DNA of 64,000 nucleotides, taken from assembly GCF_009914755.1 (NCBI RefSeq), contig NC_060927.1; one strand, 5' to 3'. Below, piece after piece: positions 31,587-44,731 of this stretch (positions within the stretch are counted from its first letter, which is position 1; every line of letters starts with the position of its first letter). This DNA comes from the human T2T-CHM13v2.0 reference genome, Homo sapiens. Made by a program: the position numbers and the translations under genes. A model generated the notes under the pieces. That model searched no databases, was not told the origin of the DNA, and saw only the letters and a list, made by a program, of their open reading frames with translations.

Positions 31587-32920
31587 GTAAGTGTGCATGT
31601 AAAGTTTCATGAAACAGCAATGACATCATTCCATGTTATTAGTAAGCGTCTTTTTCCTAATATGCCATGAGCTTCCTTCCAAGTCAATACATGGAAATCT
31701 ACTTATTTTTAACGCACAGCAACTTGTAGTATACTAATGTTATAAATGATACAACTGTTCCCCTGTTGGTGGGTATTCAGGCATTTCCAGTGTTTTACAT
31801 TACATGGTTGTGATGAACATCCTTATAGTTGTACTTAATACTGGGAAATAATCTGAAAGCAAAGTACCAGAAGATTTAAATGGGTTACTGATACTAGCAG
31901 CATAAGACTATCCACTTTCCCCTTAGTCTTATCCGTACCAAATAACTGCCAATATCATGACTGAAAAAATATTGAATTGCTGATTTAAATTGCATTTTTC
32001 TATATTATAAATGAGGTTAATTTTATATTATATGCTTTCCTTCTCTGTATTAGCTATATATAACACTATACCTATATAACTATAAGCCATTAATATAGTT
32101 AATACATACAGTTATATACAGTTAATATCACTCAGACAGAGCTTCATGGTGGTTATATTATACAGTTAATATAACTATATAATATATTAACTGTATTAAT
32201 ATATTAACTGTTGCTAATTCTCATAGTTACATTGAACCAAACAGGTATTAGATTAAAACTGAAGAAATTCAAAGAGCTTCATGGCTCCTAATTACCGGAT
32301 TACCAAGAGTTCCTGATGATGTGCTCTGTTAATGATCAGGCTGCTGATCATTTATATTTAATATAGTTAGTATGCATTATAATATATAGAACAATCTTAC
32401 ATATAGATATATATATACACACACACATACATGCAGTATTTTCTAATGGGTTGTTTTTCCCAGCACTTGTTTCTTTTTCTTCTGTCCCTTTTAGCTGCTT
32501 CAGACCTTGATTCAGAAATCACAAAATTATGTGTAAACAGTCAAATAGGTGCTCTGAGTCAGTATTTGAGGAGTGTAGAGTGCCGCATGAACTCTACTTT
32601 ATAGACTTAGACATCCTCATTTTGGTTTTTCAATGAGGCCATTAGATTTCTTTTCCAGCTATGTTTCTAGAAAATTGAGATTGCTAGTTGCCACATACCC
32701 ATGCCTGCTCTTTTTTTATTTCTTCTAGATAACCACACTATATCTTAAGGTTCTACAGAGGTGTGTGTTTGTTGGTTTGTTTTCCCTTTCAGTAACTGCC
32801 AAGTTTTGCTCATAAAATTTAGCTTTTCATTTCATGGATATTAAAAAGTATTCTGCACAGACGGCCTATAAAGAAGCTAATGATGGCAGTTTTTCATGCG
32901 CCCTTCTTTCTCCTATGTAG

Positions 32921-33187
32921 TTTTTCTCACACCCGTGATGAAGTATGAAAAGAGGAACACAAACAGCTTCTTAATATGCAGCGTGTTAAGTGTTTATCCT
33001 CGTCCAATTATCACGTGGAAAATGGACAACACACCTATCTCTGAAAACAACATGGAAGAAACAGGGTCTTTGGATTCTTTTTCTATTAACAGCCCACTGA
33101 ATATTACAGGATCAAATTCATCTTATGAATGTACAATTGAAAATTCACTGCTGAAGCAAACATGGACAGGGCGCTGGACGATGAAAG
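32921..33187 (+). CDS. HHLA2: HHLA2 IgC exon
   Basis: ag|TT...AAA G|gtagg, 267 nt. VFLTPVMKY...LICSVLSVYPRPIITW...YECTIEN...WTMK. Confidence 0.98.
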
Positions 33188-33835
33188 GTAGGCTCCACAG
33201 GACTTTCTGTGTACACGTGCTGTTTCAAAGTTGGGGGGTAATGGGGACTGATTTGCAAAAAAAGAAAGGAAGATGAAAGAAAAGAAAGCAAATCCATCTG
33301 CAGCGGTTAGAAGACCAAGACCGAAGCCCTAGGGCTGGTTCTTCTGGCTGTATTACATTAAGCAATCATTCTTACTTTTGAGCATTAGTACCTCATTGAT
33401 AAAATAGAAGTAATTCTTACCTTGCTATGTATTTATGAGTTGAGTGAAAACATTCATGAAGTGGAAAGAAGCAAATCTATTCTTGAATATTAATGTATTT
33501 GTCAATGGCTCATCCTTCAAACAGGATTTTCTACCAGCATTGCTCTTTAAAAGATCAAAGGAGAAAGAATACTTGTCTTTCAGCAGATCACAACTTCCAA
33601 TCTTACAATTAAACAAAATATTAATGAGTATTATTGCTTCTTTTTAGTTTCTTTACATAGTATTAGCCCATCAATCTTTATCCAACACCTCTATCACAAC
33701 ATGGTCAGTTTTTAGCGCTCGTTCCTCTCATTTATTTGAACAGATCCAAACTCTGATCAATCTCTATATCCAAAACCTGTTTAATAAAAAGTAATTTGCT
33801 ATCTCCATATCCAAGTCCAAGAAAATTTGTTTTCC

Positions 33836-34136
33836 TTTTTTTTTTTTTTTTTTTGAGATGGAGTCTCCCTCTGTCGCCCAGGCTGGAGTACAGTGGCATG
33901 ATCTCAGCTCAATGCAACCTCCACCTCCCAGGTTCAAGTGATTCTCCTGTCTCAGCCTCCTGAGTAGCTGGGATTACAGGCACATGCCACCACATGTGGC
34001 TAATTTTTGTATTTTTTTAGTAGAGACAGGGTTTCACCATGTTGGTCAGGCTGGTCTCGAACTTCTGACCTCGTGATCCACCCATATCGGCCTCCCAAAG
34101 TGCTAGGATTACAGGCGTGAGCCACCGTGCCCAGCC
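33836..34136 (-). mobile_element. Alu (AluSc/Sg-like)
   Basis: Reverse Alu; TSD tgtttttc. Confidence 0.96.
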
Positions 34137-35650
34137 TGTTTTTCATTTTATTAGTAACAAAGCAAAAATTTTCTGTCAGTCTCCCTTATAGGGGGAAAAT
34201 GGAGGTTATCTTTTTTTTTCAGTCTTCTCTTTCCTAGCATCTCATATTCTCAAAATGCTCACCAAAAATATACTGAAATTGTGGGTGATTCACCACATTT
34301 ACATGAGTCCAGTGTTAAAGGCATGAGTACCCAATGTTCATTCTCCATCAGTCAGGCAGCAATGGAAACATGGGAAAGGGTTGCAAATGTTAATATTATA
34401 AATATTGCCTTTGGAAAATCCTAATTTCTCATGTTCATTTAGAATTGAGTGTCTTGAAGCATGAACAGTTCTTTAGGCTCAGTACTGTTTGGTCTCATTG
34501 AAAAGCTATTACGTGCCAAGTTTTGTTGCTCACAGACTGTGAACTTAAGAACATGGTCTCTACTGATTTCTGGATCCACAGCATCTAGTACAAATATAAA
34601 AATTAAACTAGGAACATAGCTTACAAAGGGAGTGATTAATTCTATTCTCTGTGGTTGGACATGAATGGGGTTGTCACAGAATATGTGCTTAAGAAAGTTG
34701 CATAAGGGTAGAATTTTAGAAGAGTAGTAGGACATTCCAGGAGAAGAAGAATATTCCAGGTAAAAAGCACAGAAAAGTAAAATTGCCTGGATTTGTGGAA
34801 TCAATGGATCAAGAGATGAACCTGGAGAGGGAGGCCAAAAACAGATGAAAGAACTTTTACACGTTGCTAAGGAGCTTGTTGAGTCTTGGAGGTAGGATAG
34901 ATCAGAAGAGGGATTTGAACCATCAGAGAGGCCCTGGATTTGCCTTTTGGAGGGCTTACTTTGGCATCACTCTCCTGCAGGTAGACTGGAAGCCAGGTGA
35001 GTCTAGAGCCAGGGGGAACAGTCCATGACAGTCCATAGAGGTCAGCCTACAACACTACAGAACGGGAAGGACAAGATGGAGCTGGGTCTGGAGGGGCAAG
35101 CCAAGAAAATTCAGCAGTCTCTCTTTAAAAGAGCTCAGTCCAGTGGGGGTTGCCTGCACACAGCTGGAAATATTCTTATATGAAGAAAAAGAGATTTTGT
35201 CTAGAAAAAGAGATTAAGAAGTAGTGAGGCCATAAAAGTTAGAGACCACTAGGGAGTAGGTAGGGTACCAAAAGGGGTGTTCTGGGGAACACCAGCATTA
35301 GAGGGGCCAAGAGAAGGAGAACATTGAGTTTAATAGGCTAGTAACTGGTAGCAACATTCCTGAGTGCTTACTGTCAGGTTCTAAGAGTTAAAACAAGTAT
35401 ATCACCCCTCTAGCTGGCCCTGGCTTAGCCCTCCTTGAAGGTCTAAACTAACCTTGGTGGGAAACTTTAAAATAGTGGTAGTAAAACTTGTCTTTTAAGA
35501 AACCACAGTACAAATATAATTAGTTTCCAAAAAGTTATTTCCAAATATATCAGTATTAGTGCCTTTGTTCTCTGCTTTCTAAGTGTAACTTAGAGAATTC
35601 TTTTGAAATGTTTATCTTCATTGATGTTTTCTTTTCTATTGTGTTGTTAG

Positions 35651-35968
35651 ATGGCCTTCATAAAATGCAAAGTGAACACGTTTCACTCTCATGTCAACCT
35701 GTAAATGATTATTTTTCACCAAACCAAGACTTCAAAGTTACTTGGTCCAGAATGAAAAGTGGGACTTTCTCTGTCCTGGCTTACTATCTGAGCTCCTCAC
35801 AAAATACAATTATCAATGAATCCCGATTCTCATGGAACAAAGAGCTGATAAACCAGAGTGACTTCTCTATGAATTTGATGGATCTTAATCTTTCAGACAG
35901 TGGGGAATATTTATGCAATATTTCTTCGGATGAATATACTTTACTTACCATCCACACAGTGCATGTAG
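35651..35968 (+). CDS. HHLA2: HHLA2 IgV2 exon
   Basis: ag|AT...GTA G|gtaagt, 318 nt. DGLHKMQSEHVSLSC...DSGEYLCNIS...HTVHV. Confidence 0.98.
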
Positions 35969-37591
35969 GTAAGTTGCAAGTAGGTTTGGATAATGGGTTT
36001 TGGCTGTAGCATTAGAGGTTTGTGAATATCAAAGAGAAAATTAGGTTGACTTTTCAAGAATACATTGATACCCTCTCAAAATATAATCCACAGGGATATT
36101 TCTGGTCAGGATGTCGATTACCCTCCCTCCTTCAACCACACAAAAGTCCTGTTTTGAAAAAAAAAATTACTCCCACAGATTTCCTTTCAGGATTTTGGGG
36201 CTTCAGAAATGAGGAGGAAACACATTTTGATGACTCCATGCGCTGAGCATCTTCCATTTCTGCTCACTGCTGTGCCTAATATATACCTTAGGCCTAGGGT
36301 TTGGGGATTCAAGGCTAGAGACACATTAGGAAGTTACAATCGGGGTCCTGAAGAATGCTGGGAAATCATGACAGTGTCTATGAACTTGGAAATAGTCACC
36401 ACACAATATTTGAAGCACCAAGTATATATTCCTAGTTCAGTTCATTTTTACCTCTGTTGATAGTTCACTGCCAAAAACCATTATCTAAAATATTTCTAGT
36501 CAACTAACCATCAAGTCATGGAATATATACTCATGAAGCTGACCTTCTAGGTGAGCTGGATGGTCCCACCCTTAAACTATCAACTTCACATCATGGCAGA
36601 CCATGGCAGCTCTTTCTGTCCTTCAATAAAGGTATTTGAACCAGTGGAACTTATGTTTTAGAAATATTTCTATCATTTCAATTGTGAAGATTAGGAGGAA
36701 TAACATTTGAAGTTTTGGTGATTCTACGTAGTGAGATTTGGAGACAAGAGCACAGAGTTGTCCTTTAGGTTATGTGATCTTCAAATACTTGGAAGCTTCT
36801 GGACATTGAGTAATAACACTCCCTTTGTAGAGCTGCCACTTTGAGAGTAGAGAATGAAAAACTGGGGCTGCATTTGAAGCTCCTATTTTTCTCCAAAAAT
36901 AAAAGTGTCAGTTTTATGTAAAATACAGTTAAGCCTGCAATCTATTTTTAAAAATGTTGCCTCATGTTGGATTAATTTTGGAGTGTAAAAAAAAAAATAG
37001 TCAAGAAGAAATGTCCTAAAGACTACATATGGCCCGTCTTCCCACCCAGAGATCTAATTTTCAGTTCACACAAAGTGAAACATCAGGACCATTCCATCTC
37101 TGACAAAAGAGTATTTTCAGAACCTCTCATTCTCAAATAAATGTTGGCCAGGTGGGGCTGGGGGAGGGTGTGCTCACCCTTCCCCACGAGGAAGAGGACT
37201 TGGCAGGAGCCACCCCAGCAGGCCAGGGAACAGGGCAAACAGTCTTGGTACCTTAAATATCATCCTTTCAAGGATGACTTTTCCATTTGTTGCCTTTCCC
37301 AGGAGGTGCTACAACAAGATGGGGGGTACTTATGATTCCTCGAATCTAGATCTGCTCAATTAAGGTTGCACCAAGCTGAATGGAATTAAATAATCCTTGC
37401 TAAGTTCTGCTGCTGAATCAATATGTGACCTTGGGCAAATATCCTTACAGATGGGGGAACCTGAGGGTCACGAGTACAGTGAGAAGTAGCTATACCTTGT
37501 AGGATTTCCTTTAGGAGGAAGAAAAATGCATATGAAAACCCTGTAGAAAGTCAACCTAACATTCCTACTTAATCTCTCCTTTATATAGGTA

Positions 37592-38637
37592 CAGTAGTCC
37601 CCCCTTTCCTTGGGGGATATGTTCCAAGACCCCCAGTGGATGCCTGAAACTATGGACAGTACTAAACCCTATATATGCATTCCCACATGGTACGAGGATT
37701 AATCTGTCCTTCCATGTTTATGCCTTGGTGCCTCATTCACACTTCTATGAATACAGGTTCTATTGGGCATCTTCTTCCAGCAGAGCTTGCTTTCATTGCA
37801 ATTAAAGATTTGCTTTAGATGGAAATGTGGCTGTAGCTTCTTCATCAGCAGACACAGCCTCTCCAGTAATTTTTATATTTTTCAGTCCAAGCTGATTTCT
37901 AAATCTGTGTAGCCATCCTCTACTTGCAATAAATGGCCTGTTTCAAGGGATCTCTTGCTGAAGTCTTCATATCAGCCCAAAGCTTTCCAGTGCAACATAT
38001 CATCAACCAGAACACATTTCTGTTATGTCTTCCACCCTCAAATTTAATGCCATTTCCATCTTAACTCAGCATATACAACACACTGTGGCCATAACTGTTG
38101 TAGTTTGAGATGTGACTGCAAAACTAACACAAATTTTCTTCTTTCTTTCTTCACAATTTTACAGATAGAAGATTCATTTTCACCATAGATCTCAGCAACC
38201 TCAATATATGATTTTTCATAAGTCAAGGGCTTTAATTGTTTTAGTTCAAAGAAGCACTTTATGGCTTCTTTTTGGTATATCCAAATTGCCAGCATCACTA
38301 CTCTTGTGCTTTGGGACCATTCTTAAAGAAAATAAGGGTTACTTGAACACAAGCATTGTTATACCATGACAGTCAGTCTGATAACTGAGATGGCTAGTAA
38401 ATGATTCATGGGGGTAGTGTGTACAACGTGGATATGCCGGACAAAGGGCGCAGTCACGTCCCAGGTGGGATGCAGTGGCGTGACACGATATTTCTTCATG
38501 CTACTCAGAATGGCACACAATTTAAAACTTAAGAATTATTTATTCCTGGAATTTTCCATTTGGTTATGTTTGGACTACAGTTGACCATGGGTAACTAAAA
38601 CCTCAGAAAGTTAAACCAGGGATAAAGCGGACTCCTG
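37592..38637 (-). mobile_element. Tigger7/MER44-family DNA transposon
   Basis: ta|cagtagtccccc TIR, then gttccaagacccccagtggatgcctgaaac; far end gataaagcggactcctg. Confidence 0.8.
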
Positions 38638-38985
38638 CGTGGAATTTCAGAATGACACAAATAGGTGGAGAGATTAATATTTTATTAGTTGTAAAACACT
38701 ATAGTATGTTCATAGAAAATTACATTTGTTATGTAAAAAGAGGTATTCATTCTAAAGGATAGCCACAAACATTTTCCCCCTGAATTGACCTTTGTGCTCT
38801 AATGCTTGCTGCCCTCGTTTTAGCAGAACATAGACCATAAGGTTAGCAGGGTTCTGACTTTGGTAACCCAGGGTCTCTGGAGTCCCCATTTCCATTAATA
38901 CTAATTTCAACAATTCTAGTCCTGACCAAGATGCTGGAGAAAGTTTAGGCTCCTCCAGTTATTTCTGAGGAGCTCCAAACACTAT

Positions 38986-39540
38986 CAGCAGGTCCTCCTT
39001 TTCTGCAGTTTGTTACACAAAGTCAACCACTGTCTGAAATTTTTAAAAGGAAAATTCCAGAAATAATGTTTTAAATTGTGTGCCATTCTGAGTAGCATGA
39101 TGAAATTGCATGTCATCCCGCTCCATCCTGCCTTGAAGGTGAATCCTCCCTTTGTCCAGCATATCACACCATGGATGCTACCCGCCTGTTAGCCCTCCTG
39201 GTAATCAGATCTACTGTCATGATATCGCAGTGCTTGTGATCAAGTAACCCTTATTTTATTTAAGAATGGCCTCAAAGCACAAGAATAGTGATGCTGGCAG
39301 TTCAGATACACCAAAAAGAAGCCGTGAAGTGCTTCCTTTAAGGGAAAGCTCTCAAGAGGAAAAAAGAGCCTATGTCGAGGTTGCTAAGATCTACAGTAAG
39401 AAAGAATCTTCTACCTATAAAACTGTGAAGATGGAAAAAGAAATTAGTGTATAGTATGCATAGCGTTCAGTACTAAGGTTTCAGGCATCTACTTGGGGGA
39501 CTTGGAATGTATCCCCCAGGGATAAGGCGGGGGACTACTG
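38986..39540 (+). mobile_element. MER44-family (Tigger7) non-autonomous element
   Basis: Ends ...caggcatctacttgggggacttggaatgtatccccc..gataaggcgggggactactg. Reverse-complement homology to 37592-38637. Confidence 0.8.
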
Positions 39541-40141
39541 TGCCTATTATCTCTGTGGTCACCTGCCACCTCTAACTCAAGACCAGGGCTTCTACTCATC
39601 TCCTTTTATCACCTCTGAACTTACCACTGTTCCCTTAGGACCCTGTCTTCTCTAGGCCAATGGCAGACTGCACTCTTACTTCATCCTCCAAGGTGAACAC
39701 TGGGCTGAGGCTAATTTATGGACATAATTATTCCTTTATAAAAATGTGTTGTTTCTTATTACAGTATAAAGCAATAGAAACTGAAAATGCATAATAGATG
39801 TATTACCTCTCCAGTTTTCAGACTTTTCTCCCAGCTCCCACACCTCCACCAATCTCCAATAATATTATGGTATCTGTAGGTTTCCCACAATAGATACACT
39901 GAGACTAGGAGATATTTATGCTCAAGACAAACTCTCCTGTCCAGTCTGGGCTCTTGGCTTTATCCTAAAGGACGTTTTTATTATGCAAAGTGTTTTCATA
40001 TGAATTCAGCCTCCTACCTGTAATGCAGAAATAACTAGTTTTTAAAATAGTAAACATACTCCACCCTTACCCACCCACACATTTCTTATCTGGTAATTCT
40101 TCTTCCAGTTCACAGACTTTGTTTCTCCTTTTTTTTTTTAG

Positions 40142-40246
40142 AACCGAGCCAAGAAACAGCTTCCCATAACAAAGGCTTATGGATTTTGGTGCCCTCTGCG
40201 ATTTTGGCAGCTTTTCTGCTGATTTGGAGCGTAAAATGTTGCAGAG
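40142..40246 (+). CDS. HHLA2: HHLA2 stalk/transmembrane exon
   Basis: Poly-T ag|AA...AGA G|gtaat, 105 nt. EPSQETASHNKGLWILVPSAILAAFLLIWSVKCCR. Confidence 0.97.
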
Positions 40247-41771
40247 GTAATAGAAGAATTTGGGCTCTGCCCCACGTGTTCCACATCATGTATATTAAAG
40301 ATAACATGGAAATACATGCCCAAACAGCTACTGGGCATGTAATTGATCTGAATTTTCTGGAATGTCATTCACAAAATTCACCCAAAATCTTTTAAAATGC
40401 TCCTACATTTCCACCTAACCATTCTACTTCTAGGAATTTATCTCACATTAAATGAGCAGAGGTACACCAAACTATATACAAGCATATTCACTGCAGCACA
40501 CTGCTATTGCCTTTAGGTTTCCTACTATTTTCAATAAATAATTGGGAAATTAATTAAAGATCATACTTTACTTTTTAAAATTTTAATCTAGTATTAAAAT
40601 GATAACCAGGATGACTTAATCATCCTGCATTGAAAAGTAACTGGAAAGAAAAAAGCCAAAGCTTTAAGATGTTGCCTTTGGAGTGATAGGACCATGAGTT
40701 CTTCCTTACCCTCACACCTCAGAAGGAAGCCAGATACCTCCTTAAGCCCCTGGGCTCTGCCTGTTCTCCCTTGCTCTGAGTTTAGTCAAGGTTGGTGCTC
40801 TGATTGAAACTGCATTGTTCTTTTCTTATGGGTCATTTCATTTTAATTGTTGTTCAATTAATCTTTTTCTAAATTTTAGGCAAAAAATCTTACCAGTAAT
40901 TTAAAATATCTTAAGATGCCATGATCATGGGAAGTACTTTTAGGGAATACTTTCCTAAAGTACTTTGCTTTTAGTACCAGAATTTTGAGCTAGAGAGCAT
41001 CTGGGCAAAACTTAGATCTAGTTGATCTCCACATTTTACAGATCAGGAAACAGGAATCCAGGAAGTTAGCTTAAGTGCCAAGTAGGCATGTGAAACAGAT
41101 TTAGGTGGATCATTTAATATCACCAAGCCAGCTAATGGTAGAGGCAGGTTGAGGCCCCCAGAAGCCCTCCCTTATTCCATTATCCCCCTGAGAAGGCTCT
41201 GGGTGTCCTGGGAACTTGAGATAGATCCTATGTCTCTTTTATCTGTCCTTCTGGTTGATATTTGGCTATTGCCCCTGCTGAAGTTAGGAGATTAGGGTTA
41301 TAGCAGAAACTATTATTGAAGATACAGTTTTAGGGGCAATGGAGAGCAAGCATTTCACCAATTCTAGCCCTGTGATCATTCGTACTAATAAGCAGGATAG
41401 TTCCTGTCCCTTGGCTGGCCAGATGGAGTAAGACCACAGGCAGTCTAGCCTGTCCACGAAGATCAACCGTTGACCTAATATACTGATATTTGTGATTGGA
41501 TTAGGTTCAAATTATGGGAGGTGGTGCTACATCCTACTCAAGAATGATAGTTTAGTTTCTTTAGTGGAAGTCTGCATAAGTCAGTTCTCAACTGAAAACA
41601 CATGGCACACTCAAAACTGGATAAAGAACTTATGAGACAGTATATTCATGGCTGGGAGCACCCGAATCACTAGCAAACTTAAACTTGAAGGGACAAGGAC
41701 AGAGAGCAGTTCCCAAAACTTGGAAGGAGAGAGTCACGTAAGATTAGTTGCCTTGTAAGGAGAGTGACTTA

Positions 41772-44731
41772 CTTCTTTTTTTTTTTTTCTTTCTTTTTAA
41801 GTTCTGGGATACATGTGCTGAACATGCAGGTTTGTTACATAGGTATACATGTGCCCTGGTGGTTTGCTGCACCTATCAACCTGTCATCTAGGTTTTAAGC
41901 ACCACATACATTAGGTATTTGACCTGATGCCCTCCCTCCCCTTTACCCTCATCCTCCAACAGGCCCCAGTGTGTGATGTTCCCCGCCCTGTGTCCAAGTG
42001 ATCTCATTGTTCAATTCCCACCTATGAGTGAGAATATGCGGTGTTTGGTTTTCTGTCCTTGTGATAGTTTGCTGAGAATGATGGTTTCCAGCTTCATCCA
42101 TGTCCCTGCAAAGCACATGAACTCATTCTTTTTTATGACTGCATAGTATTCCATGGTGTATATGTGCCACATTTTCTTTATCCAGTCTATCCTTGATGGG
42201 CATTTGGGTTGGTTCCAAGTCTTTGCTATTGTGCATAGTGCTGCAATAAACATACATGTGCATGTGTCTTCATAGTAGAATGATTTATAATTTTTTGGGT
42301 ATATACCCAGTAATGGGATTGCTGGGTCAAATGGTATGTCTGGTTCCAGATCCTTGAGGAATCGCCACACTGTCTTCCACAATGGTTGAACTAATTTACT
42401 CTCCCACCAACAGTGTAAAAGCATTCCTATTTCTCCATATCTGATCTCTAGCATCTGTTGTTTCCAGACTTTTTAATGATCACCATTCTAACTGGTATGA
42501 GATGGTATCTCATTGTGGTTTTGATTTGCATTTCTCTAATGACCAGTGATGAGGTGCTCTTTTTCATATGTTTGTTGGCTGCATAAATGTCTTCTTTTGA
42601 GAAGTGTCTGTTCATATCCTTCACCCACTTTTTGATGGGGCTGTTTATTTTTTTCTTGTAAATTTGTTTCAGTTCCTTCTAGATTCTGGATATTAGACTT
42701 TTGTCAGATGGGTAGACTGCAGAAATTTTCTCCCATTCTGTAGGTTGCCTGCTCACTCTGATGATAGTTTCTATGGCTGAGCAGATGCTCTTTAGTTTAA
42801 GTAGATCCCATTTGTCAATTTTGGCTTTTGTTGCAATTGCTTTTGGTGTTTTAGTCATGAAGTCCTTGTCCATGTCTATGTCCTGAATGATATTGCCTAG
42901 GTTTTCTTCTAGGGTTTTTATGGTTTTAAGTTTTATGTTTAAGTCTTTAATCCACCTTGAATTAATTTTTGTATAAGGTGTAAGGAAGGGGTCTAGCTTC
43001 TATTTTCTGCATATGGCTAGCAAGTTTGCCCAGCACCATTTATTAAACAGGGAATCCTTTCCCCATTGCTTGTTTTTGTCAGGTTTGTCAAAGATCGAAT
43101 GGTTGTAGATGTGTGGTGTTATTTCTGAGGCCTGTGTTCTGCTCCATTGGTCTATGTATCTGTTTTGGTATCAGTACTATGCTGTTTTGGTTACTGTAGC
43201 CTTGTGGTATAGTCTGAAGTCAGGCAGCATGATGCCTCCAGCTATGTTCTTTTGCTTAGGATTGTCTCGGCTATATGGGCTGTTTTTTGGTTCCATATGA
43301 AATTTAAAGTACTTTTTTCTAGTTCTGTGAAGAAAGTCAATGGTAGCTTGATGAGAATAGCATTGAATCTATAAATTACTTTGGGCAGTATGGCCATTTT
43401 CACGATATTCATAAGTATGAAATTTTTTTCCATTTGGTTGTGTCCTCTCTTATTTCCTTGAGCAGTGGTTTGTAGTTCTCCTTGAAGAGGTCCTTCACAT
43501 CCCTTGTAAGTTGTATTCCTAGGTATTTTATCTTCTTTGTAGCAATTGTGAATGGGAGTTCACTCATGATTTGGGTCTCTGTTTGTCTGTTATTGGTGTA
43601 TAGGAATGCTTGTGATTTTTGCACATTGATTTTGTATCCTGAGACTTTACTGAAGTTGCTTATCAGCTTAAGGAGATTTTGGGCTGAGACAATGGGGATT
43701 TCTAAATATACAATGACATCATCTGCAAACAGAGACAATTTGACTTCCTCCGTTCCTATTTGAATACTCTATTTATGTCTCTTGCCTGATTGCCCTGGCC
43801 AAAACTTCCAATACTATGTTGAACTATGGTGAGAGAAGGCATCCTTGTCTTGCGCCGGTTTTCAAGGGGAATGCTTCCAGCTTTTGCCCATTCAGTATGA
43901 TATTGGCTATGGGTTTGTCATAAATAGCTCTTATTATATTGAGATATGTTCCATCAATGCCCAGTTTATTGAGAGTTTTTAGCATGAAGTGGTGTTGAAT
44001 TTGATTGAAGGCCTTTTCTGCATCTATTGAGATAATCATGTGGTTTTTGTCACTGGTTCTGTTTATGTGATGGATTACATTTATTGATTTGCATATGTTG
44101 AACCAGCCTTGCATCCCAAGGATGAAGCCAACTTTATCATGGTGCATAAGCTTTTTGATGGGCTGTGGATTCAGTTTGCCAGTATTTTATTGAGGATTTT
44201 CGCTTTGATGTTCATCAGGGATATTCGCCTGAAGTTTTCATTTTTTATTGTATCTCTGTCAGGTTTTGGAATCAGGATGATGCTGGCCTTATAAAATGGT
44301 TAGGGAGGAGTCCCTCCTTTTCTGTTGTTTGGAATAGTATCAGAAGGAATGGTACCAGCTCCTCTTTGTACCTCTGGTAGAATTCGGCTGTGAATCTGTC
44401 TGGTCCTGGGCTTTTTTGGCTGGTGGGTTATTAATTACTGCTTCAATTTCAGAACTTGTTATTGGTTTATTCAGAGATTCGACTTCTTCCTGGTTTAGTC
44501 TTAGGAGGGTGTCCGGGAATTTATCTATTTCTTCTAGATTTTCTAGTTTATTTGCTTAGAGGTGTTTATAGTATTCTCTAATAGTAGCTTGTATTTCTGT
44601 GGGATCAGTTGTGATATCCCCTTTATCATTTTTTATCGTGTCTGTTTGATTCTTCTTTCTTTTCTTCTTTATTAGTCTGGCTAGCAGTCTATCTATTTTG
44701 TTAATCTTTTCAAAATAGCAGCTCCTGGGTT
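41772..44731 (-). mobile_element. Host L1 (L1PA7/8-like), non-inverted 3' part: ORF2 C-terminal half, 3' UTR and poly(A)
   Basis: Poly-T at ~41776 and minus-strand ORF2 fragments ([26 protein letters not shown]). TSD gagagtgactt at 41760-41770. Confidence 0.95.
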
